Counted from the first letter of the stretch, positions 1-9,839 are shown. The stretch is DNA of 64,000 nucleotides from an uncultured Candidatus Saccharibacteria bacterium (GCA_964603545.1 CAZRVD010000001.1:68358-132357), one strand, 5' to 3'. Numbers and translations are program-made. The notes: generated by a model not told the origin, from the sequence alone.

Positions 1-30
1 ATGTGCGGGACTCCCGGTCGGGGCGATTGG

Positions 31-372
31 TCAGGGAAACTCAGTCACCCCATAAATCAATTGGGGTTTGAGTTCGATCCCGAACCTCTTTCGAGCGAAG
101 ACTTTTTGAACCTCGCCCTGCTTGGTGTAGTACGTGACGTTGATGGCGCGCCCATCAGATTCACCATCACATCTGATCGGTGATTCGGTTGCGTTGCAGG
201 CAAACAGGATCGCGAACTGGTCGTTTGGATAGCGTTGGATTGCATCGTTGATCCGCCAGCCTGCATCCTGCAGTGCGTGAAAAGCCATATCTCGCCGGAG
301 ACCGTTCTTCAACGGCTCCCAGCCTGCCAGGATGACCACAGCAAACATTGCGGTAAACAGAATCTTCTTCAA
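31..372 (-). CDS. small secreted protein (high-GC cassette), probable TTG start
   Basis: ORF 31..420 trimmed to the TTG at 370-372, which is preceded by AGGGAGGG. Signal-peptide-like N-terminus KKILFTAMFAVVILAGW. GC-rich relative to the backbone. No recognisable family. Confidence 0.35.
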   Translation of the reverse strand: MKKILFTAMFAVVILAGWEPLKNGLRRDMAFHALQDAGWRINDAIQRYPNDQFAILFACNATESPIRCDGESDGRAINVTYYTKQGEVQKVFARKRFGIELKPQLIYGVTEFP

Positions 373-409
373 TTTAAGGCCCTCCCTTGGCCCATTAATA
401 TCCACACTC

Positions 410-438
410 ACTATACACATAAAAAGTATCTATGTCAA
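410..438 (-). promoter_or_regulatory. sigma70-like promoter (minus strand: TTGACA-N17-TATAGT) for cassette ORF 31..372
   Basis: The reverse complement of 410-438 reads TTGACAtagatactttttatgtgTATAGT, followed by AGGGAGGG and the TTG start. Confidence 0.4.
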
Positions 439-525
439 GTGGTATTTTACTTATAAAAATAGCTAAAAATCGCTTGTTTATGGTGATAGAATTTGCTATA
501 ATGAACGGACCAAAAACACATAAAT

Positions 526-2610
526 ATGGCTAATAAAGTAGAGAAAAAGTCAGTAAAGAAAGACAGCTACGGAGCGGATGCAATCCAGATCCTAGAGGGC
601 CTAGAACCGGTCAGAAAGCGACCTGGAATGTACATTGGTACAACAGGAACAGATGGACTACATCACCTAATAACAGAGATTTTTGATAACTCGAGAGACG
701 AAGCCATGGGTGGTTTTGCAAACGAAATTGAAGTCACTCTTTTGCCTGGAAATAGAATTCGAGTTACAGACAACGGGCGAGGTATTCCTGTAGACATTCA
801 CAAGCAGACAAAAGTTTCAGCACTTGAAACTATTATGACGACTCTCCATGCTGGAGGAAAGTTTGGTGGCGAAGACGGTGGCTACAAAGTTTCTGGAGGA
901 CTGCACGGAGTGGGAGCTTCTGTTGTGAACGCACTTTCTATTTATTGTAAAGTTACTGTACATAAAGATGGGGGTGTTTATATGCAGGAGTATTCTCAAG
1001 GTAAGAAAAAAGCTCTTGTAAAGAAGATCGGTTCGACAAAACTAAATGGAACTATCTCAGTTTTTGAACCAGACCCAGCTATTTTCCCAATTATAGAATT
1101 CGATGCACAGAGAGTTATGGATCATATGCGACAGCAAGCATATCTAGTAAAAGGTCTAAGAATCACAGTAAACTACGCATCAAAATACGAGGGTAAAATA
1201 AAAGAAGATGAAGTTTTCAAAATTTCTGAACTTGGACTGGAGATTCCTTCTATGAGCTTTTATTTTGAAGGAGGACTTCTTTCTCTTGTTAAGTTTATGA
1301 ATTCTACAGAGAAGCCAATTCACAAAAATGTTTTCTATATAGAGAAAAAAACAAACGAATGGGAATCTGTAGAAGTATCACTCCAATATGTAGATGACAT
1401 AACTTGTAGACTTTCAGCTTTTGCAAACAATATCAGTACTCCAGAAGGTGGAACACATGTTACCGGCTTCAAAACTGCACTCACAAGAACACTCAACACA
1501 TATGGTAGAAAAAATAATTTAATAAAAGAAAGCGAAGACAATTTTACCGGGGAAGATGTTCTAGAAGGACTCACAGCTGTTGTTTCTGTAAAGCTTCGAG
1601 AGATTCAGTTCGAAGGACAAACTAAAGCTAAGCTTGGGACAGTTGAAGCGCAGGGTGCGGTTAATACTATTTTCTCAGAAGCATTTACATATTTCCTAGA
1701 AGAGAATCCAGACGATGCAAAGGCTATAATAAACAAAGTCGTTCTTGCTCTTAAGGCTCGTAAGGCTGCAAAAGCTGCAAAAGATTCTGTGCTTCGGAAA
1801 GGCGCGCTAGAGGGCATGACTCTCCCTGGAAAGCTTGCAGACTGTCAGAGTAAATCTGCGGAGGATTCTGAACTGTTTATTGTGGAGGGAGATTCTGCGG
1901 GAGGTACTGCAAAAACTGGACGAGACAGAAGAACACAGGCAATTTTGCCACTCCGAGGAAAAATTTTAAACATTGAACGTGCAAGACTAGACAGATTGCT
2001 TGAATCAGAACAAATTAAAAATTTGGTTATCGCACTCGGTACCGCGATAGGAGATACATTTGATATTTTTAAACTGCGATATCACAAAATAATTATTGCA
2101 ACAGATGCGGACGTTGATGGTGCACACATAAGAACACTTATTCTTACACTACTTTACAGATACTTCAGACCACTTATCGATGGAGGATTTATTTATATTG
2201 CTCAACCACCACTTTATAAAATAAAGAAAGGTAAAGAAGTTTTCTACGCTTATTCTGACGAGGATAAAGAAAAAATAGTTGGAAAAGCAGAAGTTGCTGA
2301 AATCACAGAAGTAGACGAAATGCCTGAAGAAGAAGAGGATTTGGATTCCGCCGGAGGTAAAAAATCATCAGAGGCGAAAGCTTCGAGAGCGGCAAAAATT
2401 TCTATTCAACGATACAAAGGTCTTGGAGAAATGAATTCAGAAGAATTGTGGGAAACAACCATGGACCCTGCACGTAGAATTCTAAAACAGGTTGCAGTAG
2501 AATCCACAGCATCTGCCGACAAAGTGTTTGATGTTTTGATGGGTACGGATGTGCCGGCTCGTAAGTCTTTCATCCAAAGTAATGCTACAAAAGCGAATTT
2601 AGATATTTAA
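526..2610 (+). CDS. gyrB: DNA gyrase subunit B
   Basis: 694 aa. GHKL ATPase N-terminus (LEGLEPVRKRPGMYIGTTG), Toprim motif EGDSAGG and a GyrB C-terminal domain. Confidence 0.9.
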   Translation: MANKVEKKSVKKDSYGADAIQILEGLEPVRKRPGMYIGTTGTDGLHHLITEIFDNSRDEAMGGFANEIEVTLLPGNRIRVTDNGRGIPVDIHKQTKVSALETIMTTLHAGGKFGGEDGGYKVSGGLHGVGASVVNALSIYCKVTVHKDGGVYMQEYSQGKKKALVKKIGSTKLNGTISVFEPDPAIFPIIEFDAQRVMDHMRQQAYLVKGLRITVNYASKYEGKIKEDEVFKISELGLEIPSMSFYFEGGLLSLVKFMNSTEKPIHKNVFYIEKKTNEWESVEVSLQYVDDITCRLSAFANNISTPEGGTHVTGFKTALTRTLNTYGRKNNLIKESEDNFTGEDVLEGLTAVVSVKLREIQFEGQTKAKLGTVEAQGAVNTIFSEAFTYFLEENPDDAKAIINKVVLALKARKAAKAAKDSVLRKGALEGMTLPGKLADCQSKSAEDSELFIVEGDSAGGTAKTGRDRRTQAILPLRGKILNIERARLDRLLESEQIKNLVIALGTAIGDTFDIFKLRYHKIIIATDADVDGAHIRTLILTLLYRYFRPLIDGGFIYIAQPPLYKIKKGKEVFYAYSDEDKEKIVGKAEVAEITEVDEMPEEEEDLDSAGGKKSSEAKASRAAKISIQRYKGLGEMNSEELWETTMDPARRILKQVAVESTASADKVFDVLMGTDVPARKSFIQSNATKANLDI

Positions 2611-2613
2611 TTT

Positions 2614-3549
2614 ATGGCAAAATATTTAGTTACGGGTGGTGCAGGGTTTATTGGTTCAAATATTGTAAAGAAACTTGTGGAGGACGGTCATATCGTCAGA
2701 GTTTTGGACAACTTAGCTACAGGAAAAAGAAAAAATTTAGAATCACTTCTTTCTAAAATAGAATTTATAGAGGGAGATTTCACAGATTTAACCGTTGCAA
2801 AAAAAGCTGTTGAGGGAATTGATTTTGTGTTACATCAAGGTGCTATACCATCCGTACCACGTTCAGTTGACGATCCGATTAAAACTAACAACGCAAATAT
2901 TTTAGGAACACTAAATATGCTCGTTGCATCGAGAGATGCAAAGGTAAAAAGATTTATATACGCTGCGTCTTCATCCGCTTATGGGGATTCAAAAGTAATG
3001 CCAAAGGAAGAGAGTATGGGTACTGCTCCTAAGTCTCCATATGCAATTCAAAAATTAACAGGAGAAGAATATTGCCAAGTTTTTTATAAATTGTATGGGT
3101 TGGAGACAGTTTGTCTAAGATATTTTAATGTCTTCGGTCCAAACCAGGATCCGGAATCAGTTTATTCGGCCGTTATCCCATTGTTTATAAAAAAAATAAT
3201 GCGCAATGAGTCTCCAGTTATATTTGGAGACGGAACAACTTCTAGAGATTTTACTTTTGTGGAAAATAATGTTGATGCCAATATCAGAGCTTGTGTTGCT
3301 CCAAGTATTGTCTCTGGAGAAGTAATAAATATTGCTTGTGGATATGAAATATCTCTAAATGAACTTGTTCAAAAAATAAATAAAGAATTTGGAACAAACA
3401 TAAAACCTATTTATAAAGACGAGAGAGTTGGAGATGTTAAACATTCTCTTGCTGATATTACCAAGGCAGAAAAATTATTAGGTTATAAACCAATAGTAAA
3501 TTTTGATGATGGATTAAGAAAAACTATAGAATTTTATAAAAATAATTAA
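2614..3549 (+). CDS. NAD-dependent epimerase/dehydratase (UDP-sugar 4-epimerase-like)
   Basis: N-terminal Rossmann motif VTGGAGFIGSN, YxxxK catalytic motif (SPYAIQK), 311 aa. Confidence 0.8.
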   Translation: MAKYLVTGGAGFIGSNIVKKLVEDGHIVRVLDNLATGKRKNLESLLSKIEFIEGDFTDLTVAKKAVEGIDFVLHQGAIPSVPRSVDDPIKTNNANILGTLNMLVASRDAKVKRFIYAASSSAYGDSKVMPKEESMGTAPKSPYAIQKLTGEEYCQVFYKLYGLETVCLRYFNVFGPNQDPESVYSAVIPLFIKKIMRNESPVIFGDGTTSRDFTFVENNVDANIRACVAPSIVSGEVINIACGYEISLNELVQKINKEFGTNIKPIYKDERVGDVKHSLADITKAEKLLGYKPIVNFDDGLRKTIEFYKNN

Positions 3550-3552
3550 ACT

Positions 3553-3576
3553 AAAACCACTCGAGTGAGTGGTTTT
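3553..3576. terminator. bidirectional hairpin terminator between the epimerase and the PspC-domain gene
   Basis: AAAACCACTC-GAGT-GAGTGGTTTT: 10-bp stem with A and T runs on either side. Confidence 0.6.
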
Positions 3577-3579
3577 AGT

Positions 3580-3873
3580 TTATTCCAAGTCCAATTCTTC
3601 TGTCTTTGGTTCTTCAGTATTAGGTTCCTCTTTCTTCTCCTTTTTTTCTGTCTTTTTTTCAGTGTGGTGCATGTGCACGGTGATGGGTTTTTTTGGAACA
3701 ATAAGTACTGCGATAATATAGCCCACTACAGCAGGGAAGACTCCTGTGGCTATGGTGATAATAATATAAGCGAGGCGCAATATGGTTGGATCAACATCGT
3801 AATACTCTCCAAGTCCTCCAATAACTCCAGCCACTATTTTGTTCTCTTCACTTTTATATAATATTTTTACCAT
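3580..3873 (-). CDS. PspC-domain membrane protein
   Basis: N-terminus KIVAGVIGGLGEYYDVDPTILRLAYIIITIATG matches the PspC domain. One TM segment and a Lys/Glu-rich tail. Confidence 0.65.
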   Translation of the reverse strand: MVKILYKSEENKIVAGVIGGLGEYYDVDPTILRLAYIIITIATGVFPAVVGYIIAVLIVPKKPITVHMHHTEKKTEKKEKKEEPNTEEPKTEELDLE

Positions 3874-3884
3874 AAATTTATTGA

Positions 3885-5147
3885 CTATGATTTGTTTTTG
3901 ATTTCTGTTTGGAGTTTGGCTAAGACTTCTTCAATCGACATCTGTCCAAGTTGACCTGCATCCCTAGATTCAAGAGTGACTTTTCCCGCTTCTACTTCCT
4001 TATCTCCTAATACAATCCAGTAAGGCATTTTATTTGTCTTAGCGTCACGAACTTTTGTTCCAAGGTTTTCATCTGCATTGTCTAGCTCTACTCGAATACC
4101 TGCTTCCAGAAGAGTTTTATAAACCTCTTCTGCTTTTGCGTTGTGAGTATCACGAACAGGAATAATTTTTACCTGAACTGGTGCAAGCCAGAGGGGGAAT
4201 GAGCCCTCATATTTTTCAATGAGGAAAGCCATAATTCTTTCAATCGCACCTATAGAAGAGCGGTGAATTACAGATGAACATAGTTTTGTTATACCATCTG
4301 AATCGACATATGAAAGTTCGAATCTGCCAGGGGCTAGAAAATCATATTGAACTGTGAATGCTGTATTTTCCAAACCCCTAACATCTTTCATTTGTACATC
4401 GATTTTTGGTCCGTAAAATGCAGCTTCGTCTTCTGCCTCGTAGAATTTAACTTCCTGGTTTTTTAAAACTTTTCTTAAAATTTCTTCTGCATTGTCCCAT
4501 GCCTTATCATCTTTGTGATATTTTTTTGAATCTGTTCTTTTACCAAGGGATAGTCTGTACCAAAAATCCTCTCCTTTTTTAAGCCCAAATACTCCAGCAG
4601 CATAAGTTATCAAGTCAAGAGCTTTTTGTATTTCAACACCAGATTGTTCGTTGTTTGCACAAATAATATGGGCATCTGCTAAACAAAAAGATCTTACGCG
4701 AACTAACCCCGTCAGGTTTCCAGAAGCTTCATATCTATAAAGTTTTGCAACTTCAGCTATTCTCATTGGGAGTTCTTTGTATGAATGAGGTTTAGAAAGA
4801 TATAATTCATAATGATGCGGGCATGTCATCGGACGAAGCATGAATTCTTCACCATCAATATTGATAGGAGCATACATTGTGTCTTTATAGTATGGGTAGT
4901 GTCCAGATTTCTCGTATAAACCTATTTTGGCTATATCAGGGGTACTAACATGTTTGTATCCACGTTTTATTTCCTCATCCACAATAAATCTCTCTAGCTC
5001 ACGTCTTATAGATGCTCCTTTATCCGTGTATAGTGGGAGACCTTTTCCTATAACATCTGAGAATACAAAAAGTCCCAATTCTTTACCAATGACTCTGTGG
5101 TCATTTTTGTCCATTTCATTGTTATCTTTTTCCATATTTATTAGCAT
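3885..5147 (-). CDS. thrS: threonyl-tRNA synthetase, short form lacking the N-terminal TGS/editing domains
   Basis: Class II catalytic core (RVIGKELGLF, motif 2/3 region) and ThrRS anticodon-binding C-terminus (LPLWLAPVQVKIIPV). The ORF extends to 5270, but the first 41 codons have no ThrRS counterpart. ATGs at 5147 or 5135 are the likely starts. Confidence 0.8.
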   Translation of the reverse strand: MLINMEKDNNEMDKNDHRVIGKELGLFVFSDVIGKGLPLYTDKGASIRRELERFIVDEEIKRGYKHVSTPDIAKIGLYEKSGHYPYYKDTMYAPINIDGEEFMLRPMTCPHHYELYLSKPHSYKELPMRIAEVAKLYRYEASGNLTGLVRVRSFCLADAHIICANNEQSGVEIQKALDLITYAAGVFGLKKGEDFWYRLSLGKRTDSKKYHKDDKAWDNAEEILRKVLKNQEVKFYEAEDEAAFYGPKIDVQMKDVRGLENTAFTVQYDFLAPGRFELSYVDSDGITKLCSSVIHRSSIGAIERIMAFLIEKYEGSFPLWLAPVQVKIIPVRDTHNAKAEEVYKTLLEAGIRVELDNADENLGTKVRDAKTNKMPYWIVLGDKEVEAGKVTLESRDAGQLGQMSIEEVLAKLQTEIKNKS

Positions 5148-5176
5148 AGCATAACACCAGGTATTTTTGCGACATG

Positions 5177-5216
5177 TTGACATTATGTATAAATGGTTTA
5201 TTGTGAATGTGGGGGG
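5177..5216 (+). promoter_or_regulatory. promoter region of high-GC cassette A (TTGACA at 5177-5182, GGGGGG RBS at 5211-5216)
   Basis: TTGACAttatgtataaatggtttattgtgaatgtGGGGGGattaataccATG. The exact -10 is ambiguous. The region is divergent from the thrS start. Confidence 0.35.
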
Positions 5217-5225
5217 ATTAATACC

Positions 5226-5456
5226 ATGACTGCAGGATTTGAGAACGTGAATGTCTCGGCCCTCCTCCAAGAATTAGGTATCAGTCGAGATAGAGCAGTC
5301 GAACTGCTTCAAGTCAAATCTGATACTCTTGCTGATTGGCAGGCCAGAGGGGAGATGCCTAAGGGAGTTCGGGGGTATCTGAAGCATCTTGTCCGTGGAG
5401 GAGAACCATATCGTGAATTGGTGGCAGTTTCACTTCGTGACAGGATAAACCAATGA
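5226..5456 (+). CDS. small HTH DNA-binding protein (AlpA/Xis/MerR-like), high-GC cassette A
   Basis: 76 aa from the ATG at 5226. LLQELGISRDRAVELL followed by LADWQARGEMPKG resembles the AlpA/excisionase-type HTH pattern (compare WIKEGKFP). GC clearly above the backbone. Confidence 0.45.
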   Translation: MTAGFENVNVSALLQELGISRDRAVELLQVKSDTLADWQARGEMPKGVRGYLKHLVRGGEPYRELVAVSLRDRINQ

Positions 5457-5641
5457 GTATACCTAGGACAAGCTGGATGGTAGGTGCTGTAGGTGCTGTG
5501 GCTGGCAGTATTCTGTTCACCTACGGACATAATCTCAACAGCTTTCTCGCGTCCATTCTAAGCATGATCTTCGTTGCATGTATCCTTAGGGCTCTTCTTG
5601 GTTTCGGTCCAGTCCAAGACAGGAATTCCCGCGAGCAATAA
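5453..5641 (+). CDS. small two-TM membrane protein, translationally coupled (ATGA overlap) to the HTH gene
   Basis: 62 aa with two hydrophobic segments (MVGAVGAVAGSILF; ILSMIFVACILRALLGF). Its start overlaps the upstream stop by 4 nt. Confidence 0.4.
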   Translation: MSIPRTSWMVGAVGAVAGSILFTYGHNLNSFLASILSMIFVACILRALLGFGPVQDRNSREQ

Positions 5642-5658
5642 CATCACACATCTGCCGG

Positions 5659-5714
5659 CGACGGAGTGTGTTGCATTCACACTCCGCGTCGAGATTCGTC
5701 TCGGCGTTTTTCTT
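5659..5714 (+). terminator. tandem hairpins ending in a T-run (terminator of cassette A)
   Basis: GACGGAGTGTG-ttgcatt-CACACTCCGCGTC, then CGAGA-TTCG-TCTCGG-CGTTTTTCTTT. Confidence 0.6.
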
Positions 5715-5763
5715 TATCCAACAACAAATAAATTTAGAATATTTTTAGAGACTCACGGAAACA

Positions 5764-5899
5764 ATTAGTAATTAACGACGAAGATAAAATAAGCACGAAG
5801 CATTGTTTGAGCAAAGCGAGTTTGCGAGAGTGCTATGTATCAAGGAGATTAATTTCTTGATTGTTGAGTGCGAGCAAAATTGTACCAACAATTTATGCG
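5764..5899. repeat. intergenic repeat family 2, copy A (3' of dnaE)
   Basis: About 75% identical to 46327-46465. Shared blocks are AATTAnnAAnnAACGACGA, GAAGCAyTGTyTGAG, CGAGTTTGCGAGA, TTTCTTGATT, CGAGCAAA and the end TTTATGCG. Confidence 0.6.
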
Positions 5900-5923
5900 T
5901 GCTCTAAAAATATTCCAAATTTA

Positions 5924-8900
5924 TTACTCCATCAGCTTTACTTTGTCGATCAATATTGACTTCTCTCCATTTCTTAAAGAAAAAGTCCCTTTTATAACGA
6001 TGCAACTTTCAGGGATTAAAATGTCTTGAAATTCTTCAAAAATTTTAGGGAAAGCAACAACATCTATACTATCTGTTAGATCTGCAAGTTTTAGGAAAAT
6101 CATTTTGTCTCCCTTTTTTGTCATTACACTTCGGATTTCTTCTACAATACCCCCCACAACAACCGGAGCTCTTTCTGTGGCAGTTTCTTTTAATTTTTTG
6201 ATATTAGTTTCTCTTCCTTCCAACTTATGTTTAAAAGAATCCAGTGGGTGTCCAGAAATATAAAGTCCGAGAAGTTCCTTTTCCCATAAAAGTTTTTCAG
6301 CTGAGTCACCTGGCGGAGATAGATCAAGTTCAATTTCTGAAGCTTTAGTCGGAGTGGACATCAAAGAGAAAAGTGAATCTTGGTCAGATTCCTTGCTTCG
6401 CTCTTCTTTGTTGAAAGTAAGAAGTTTATCTAGATTAAAAAGTAATGTGCTTCGATCACTGCCTTTTGGTGTTATGGATTCAAGTGCTCCTGTTTTAATA
6501 AGAGCTTCCATAGATTTTTTATTTAAATTTTTATCTTTTATTCTACGAAGGAAATCAGAAAGGGTAGTAAAAGGCCCATTTGCTTTTCTTTCTGTAATTA
6601 TTGATGTTGCGATTCCTTCACCAAAGTTTTTAATTGTTGTTAGTCCAAAACGGATTGAGTCTTTTCCATTTGTCTTTATTACGGTGAAGCCTTCAAAAGA
6701 TTGATTTACATCTGGGGGAAGAACAAGAATTCCCATTCTTTTACACTCGCTAATTATTTCTGAAATCATGTCTGTGTCGCCCGATTCTGCTGTAAGGACG
6801 GCGGACATATATATTGCGGGGAAGTTGGCTTTCATATAAGCAGTTTGGTAAGCCACTTTTCCATAGCTTGCTGCGTGGGCTTTGTTGAAGCCATAACCCT
6901 GGAAAGGTTCAAACAAATTCCACAATTCTTCTGCTTTTTTCTCTGTCATCCCGCCATGCGTCTGACAGCCTTCAACGAATTTTACGTGTTGTTTTGCCAT
7001 TTCTTCGCGGATTTTTTTACCAACAGCCTTTCGGAATTTATCCACTTCACCCCAATTGTATCCAGCCACTTCAATAGCTGTGTAAAGAAGGTCATCTTGG
7101 TAAACTAGCACTCCAAAAGTTTTGTCCAAAAAATTTTTCATTTTTGGATGCAAATACGTCACGGGTTTTCTACCATGCTTTCTCTCAATGTATTCTTTTA
7201 TGTTATCCATCGGTCCTGGGCGGTACAGAGCTACCATAACATTTATGTCGTGAATTACAGTTGGCTTCAAATCCTTAAGAGATCGAGTCATCCCATCCCC
7301 GTTAAGTTGGAAAAGTCCAACGGTTTCTCCGCGGGCGAGCATTTCAAAAGTTTTTTTGTCATCCACTGGTACGTTTTCAATATCAATTTTTACTCCTTCC
7401 AGTTTTTCTGCTAGTTTTACGGCGTCTGCCAAAATAGAAAGGTTTCGTATTCCAAGAAAATCAAATTTAAGTAACCCCACGCCGTCTTCACCAACATCAT
7501 TCATGTCGTATTGAGTTATTATTTTATTGTCACCTTTTGTGTCGTATTGTAGTGGCACATAGTCAGTAAGTGGTGTAGGGGAGATCACCACACCAGCTGC
7601 GTGCACAGAGATGTGTCTTGCTCCACCCTCTATTTTTTTTGCCATATCTATTATTTTTCGGACATCAGTTTGTTCTGTGTACATAGTTTTGAGTTCCGGG
7701 TTTTCTTTCAGTGCTCTCTCAAGGGTCATTGGGAAACCTTGTGCGCCCATGGGGATTTGTTTGGCTATCGCATCTCCCAGACTATATGGAAAACCAAGTG
7801 CACGTGTTACATCTCGCACTGCACCGCGAGCCGCCATTGTTCCAAATGTTCCGATTTGAGCCACTTTGTCTATACCGTATTTCTGCCTTGCATAGTCAAT
7901 CATTTCATCACGTCTATCATCGGCAAAATCCATATCAATATCTGGTGCTGATGGTCTGTCTGGGTTTAGAAATCTTTCAAACGGTAGTTTGTATTCAATA
8001 GGGTTTACGTTTGTGATTCCAGAAAGAAAAGTAACGAGTGAACCAGCCACCGAGCCTCTAATTGTTGTTAGTATTCCATGTTTGTGAGCGTAGTCTAGCA
8101 GGTCATATACAACAAGAAAGTATGGTGCGTATCCTTTGTCCTTGATAACCTTAAGTTCGTATTCTATTCTTTCTAATAGTTCTGGAGTCTTTTCTAGTTT
8201 TCTTTTTGGGATACCTTCAAAAACTATTCTTCGAAACTCGTCATCGTGAGAGAGACCACTTTCTACGATAAAATTTGGTAAAAACCATTTTCCAATAGAA
8301 ATTTCTAGGTTACATCTGTTTGCAATTTTCTCGTTGTTTATTAGCGCCTCTGGTAAATCTTTGAAATATTTCTCTACGATTTTTTGATTTATAAAAGAAA
8401 AGTCGTCTGTTCCTTCTTCCACCTTTTCGTCACTTTGTGACTGAATAGCAAGTAGAGTTTCGCGAGCCACTCTATCTTCTTTGTTTATATAATAGACATC
8501 ATGATTTGCAACAATGGGGGTGTTTGTCTCTTTGGCAAAAGTTATCAACTTTTTCATATTTTCCTCGTGGCCTTTCATCTCTGGGTGGTGAGTGATTTCA
8601 ATATAAAAGTTCGGGACTTCAGTTGTCCCAGCGAATGTTTTTTTGTACCATTCTACTCTTTCTAGTGCCTGTTCCTTATTTCCTGTTTCAAGCGAGGATA
8701 AAATATCGTTTGAAAAAGATGGGGCAATTGCAATAAGTCCATCAGAGTATTTTTCCAAAAGTTCCCTGTCCACTCTCGGTTTGTAGTAGAAACCTTCAAG
8801 GTGCGCGAGTGTCACAAGTTGGATTAAATTTTTATAACCTTTTTCATTTTTCGCAAGAAGCACTAGTCTGTAGCGCTGTTTGTCTATACCGGTTTGTTTT

Positions 8901-9133
8901 TCATGGCGACTTCTGTAGGCAACGTATGCGTCAATTCCAATAATGGGTTTAATTTCTTTTTTCTTGCAAGCCTTGTAAAACTCAATAGCTCCGTAAAGGT
9001 TTGCGTTGTCTGTTAGAGCTAAAGCCGTCATGTCGTTTTTCTTAGCTTCCTCAATTAATGCGTCTATTTTAGGTAGGGCATTAAGTAGGGAGTAGTGGGA
9101 ATGCGTGTGGAGGTGGGTGAAACGGGGTGCCAT
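5924..9133 (-). CDS. dnaE: DNA polymerase III alpha subunit
   Basis: 1069 aa. PHP domain N-terminus (HLHTHSHYSLL), polymerase core and a C-terminal OB fold. Confidence 0.9.
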   Translation of the reverse strand: MAPRFTHLHTHSHYSLLNALPKIDALIEEAKKNDMTALALTDNANLYGAIEFYKACKKKEIKPIIGIDAYVAYRSRHEKQTGIDKQRYRLVLLAKNEKGYKNLIQLVTLAHLEGFYYKPRVDRELLEKYSDGLIAIAPSFSNDILSSLETGNKEQALERVEWYKKTFAGTTEVPNFYIEITHHPEMKGHEENMKKLITFAKETNTPIVANHDVYYINKEDRVARETLLAIQSQSDEKVEEGTDDFSFINQKIVEKYFKDLPEALINNEKIANRCNLEISIGKWFLPNFIVESGLSHDDEFRRIVFEGIPKRKLEKTPELLERIEYELKVIKDKGYAPYFLVVYDLLDYAHKHGILTTIRGSVAGSLVTFLSGITNVNPIEYKLPFERFLNPDRPSAPDIDMDFADDRRDEMIDYARQKYGIDKVAQIGTFGTMAARGAVRDVTRALGFPYSLGDAIAKQIPMGAQGFPMTLERALKENPELKTMYTEQTDVRKIIDMAKKIEGGARHISVHAAGVVISPTPLTDYVPLQYDTKGDNKIITQYDMNDVGEDGVGLLKFDFLGIRNLSILADAVKLAEKLEGVKIDIENVPVDDKKTFEMLARGETVGLFQLNGDGMTRSLKDLKPTVIHDINVMVALYRPGPMDNIKEYIERKHGRKPVTYLHPKMKNFLDKTFGVLVYQDDLLYTAIEVAGYNWGEVDKFRKAVGKKIREEMAKQHVKFVEGCQTHGGMTEKKAEELWNLFEPFQGYGFNKAHAASYGKVAYQTAYMKANFPAIYMSAVLTAESGDTDMISEIISECKRMGILVLPPDVNQSFEGFTVIKTNGKDSIRFGLTTIKNFGEGIATSIITERKANGPFTTLSDFLRRIKDKNLNKKSMEALIKTGALESITPKGSDRSTLLFNLDKLLTFNKEERSKESDQDSLFSLMSTPTKASEIELDLSPPGDSAEKLLWEKELLGLYISGHPLDSFKHKLEGRETNIKKLKETATERAPVVVGGIVEEIRSVMTKKGDKMIFLKLADLTDSIDVVAFPKIFEEFQDILIPESCIVIKGTFSLRNGEKSILIDKVKLME

Positions 9134-9196
9134 ATGAAAGGATTATAGCACGAGGTTTTTATAGTAGTTCTATTGAAAAATTGCTAGAGTTATTGC

Positions 9197-9793
9197 ATGA
9201 AATATATAGTTGGTATAGACGAGGTCGGTAGGGGGCCCTTGGCGGGACCAGTCACAGTTTGTGTAACTCTTTGTGAGGAAAAAATCTACAAAAAATTGAA
9301 ACTCAACAAAAATTTACCACCGATTGGAAAAGACAGTAAAAAACTAAAAGAAAAAGATAGAGAAAAATTTTCAAAAGTTTTGGAGGATTTGAAAAAGCAA
9401 GGAAAAATTTCGTTTTCAATAAATCATGTTTCAAACACTATTATAGATACAAGGGGAATTTCTTTCGCTATTAAAAAGGCTATTCATCTTGGTATGAAAA
9501 AACTAAAAATAAATCCTAAAAATTATAGGATACTTTTAGATGGGGGTTTAAAAGTTCCAGTCGAGTTCGAACAAAAAACAATAATAAAAGGGGACGAAAA
9601 AGAAAGAATTATTGCTTGGGCATCTATACTGGCAAAGGTTAGTCGCGATAGGTTAATGGTTAAAATGGCGGAGAAATATCCAAAATATGACTTTGGGCAA
9701 CACAAAGGTTATGGTACGGCGAAACACAGCAATGCTATTTATAAATATGGATTAACTTTGGTTCACAGGGTTACTTTCTGTAGAAAGTATTGA
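9197..9793 (+). CDS. rnhB: ribonuclease HII
   Basis: N-terminus VGIDEVGRGPLAGPV, the RNase HII catalytic motif. 198 aa. Confidence 0.85.
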   Translation: MKYIVGIDEVGRGPLAGPVTVCVTLCEEKIYKKLKLNKNLPPIGKDSKKLKEKDREKFSKVLEDLKKQGKISFSINHVSNTIIDTRGISFAIKKAIHLGMKKLKINPKNYRILLDGGLKVPVEFEQKTIIKGDEKERIIAWASILAKVSRDRLMVKMAEKYPKYDFGQHKGYGTAKHSNAIYKYGLTLVHRVTFCRKY

Positions 9794-9839
9794 TTTTTCT
9801 GAATGGATAGTGTAAAGTATTCCCACTATGGTAGTACGA

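Noticed and set aside
1-183. Partial plus-strand ORF at the window edge
   Set aside because: It is antisense to the minus-strand secreted-protein ORF, which has its own promoter, RBS and signal peptide.
5148-5270. N-terminal 41 codons of the thrS ORF (MEEGRDIHVLKSC...)
   Set aside because: No ThrRS homology. The stretch overlaps the divergent promoter of cassette A. Internal ATGs at 5147 or 5135 fit the catalytic-core N-terminus.
817-8001. Numerous 60-130-aa ORFs inside gyrB, dnaE, rpoB, rpoC, smc and rnr on the opposite strand or in other frames
   Set aside because: They are embedded in well-supported long genes and lack signals. They are low-complexity translations typical of AT-rich antisense.
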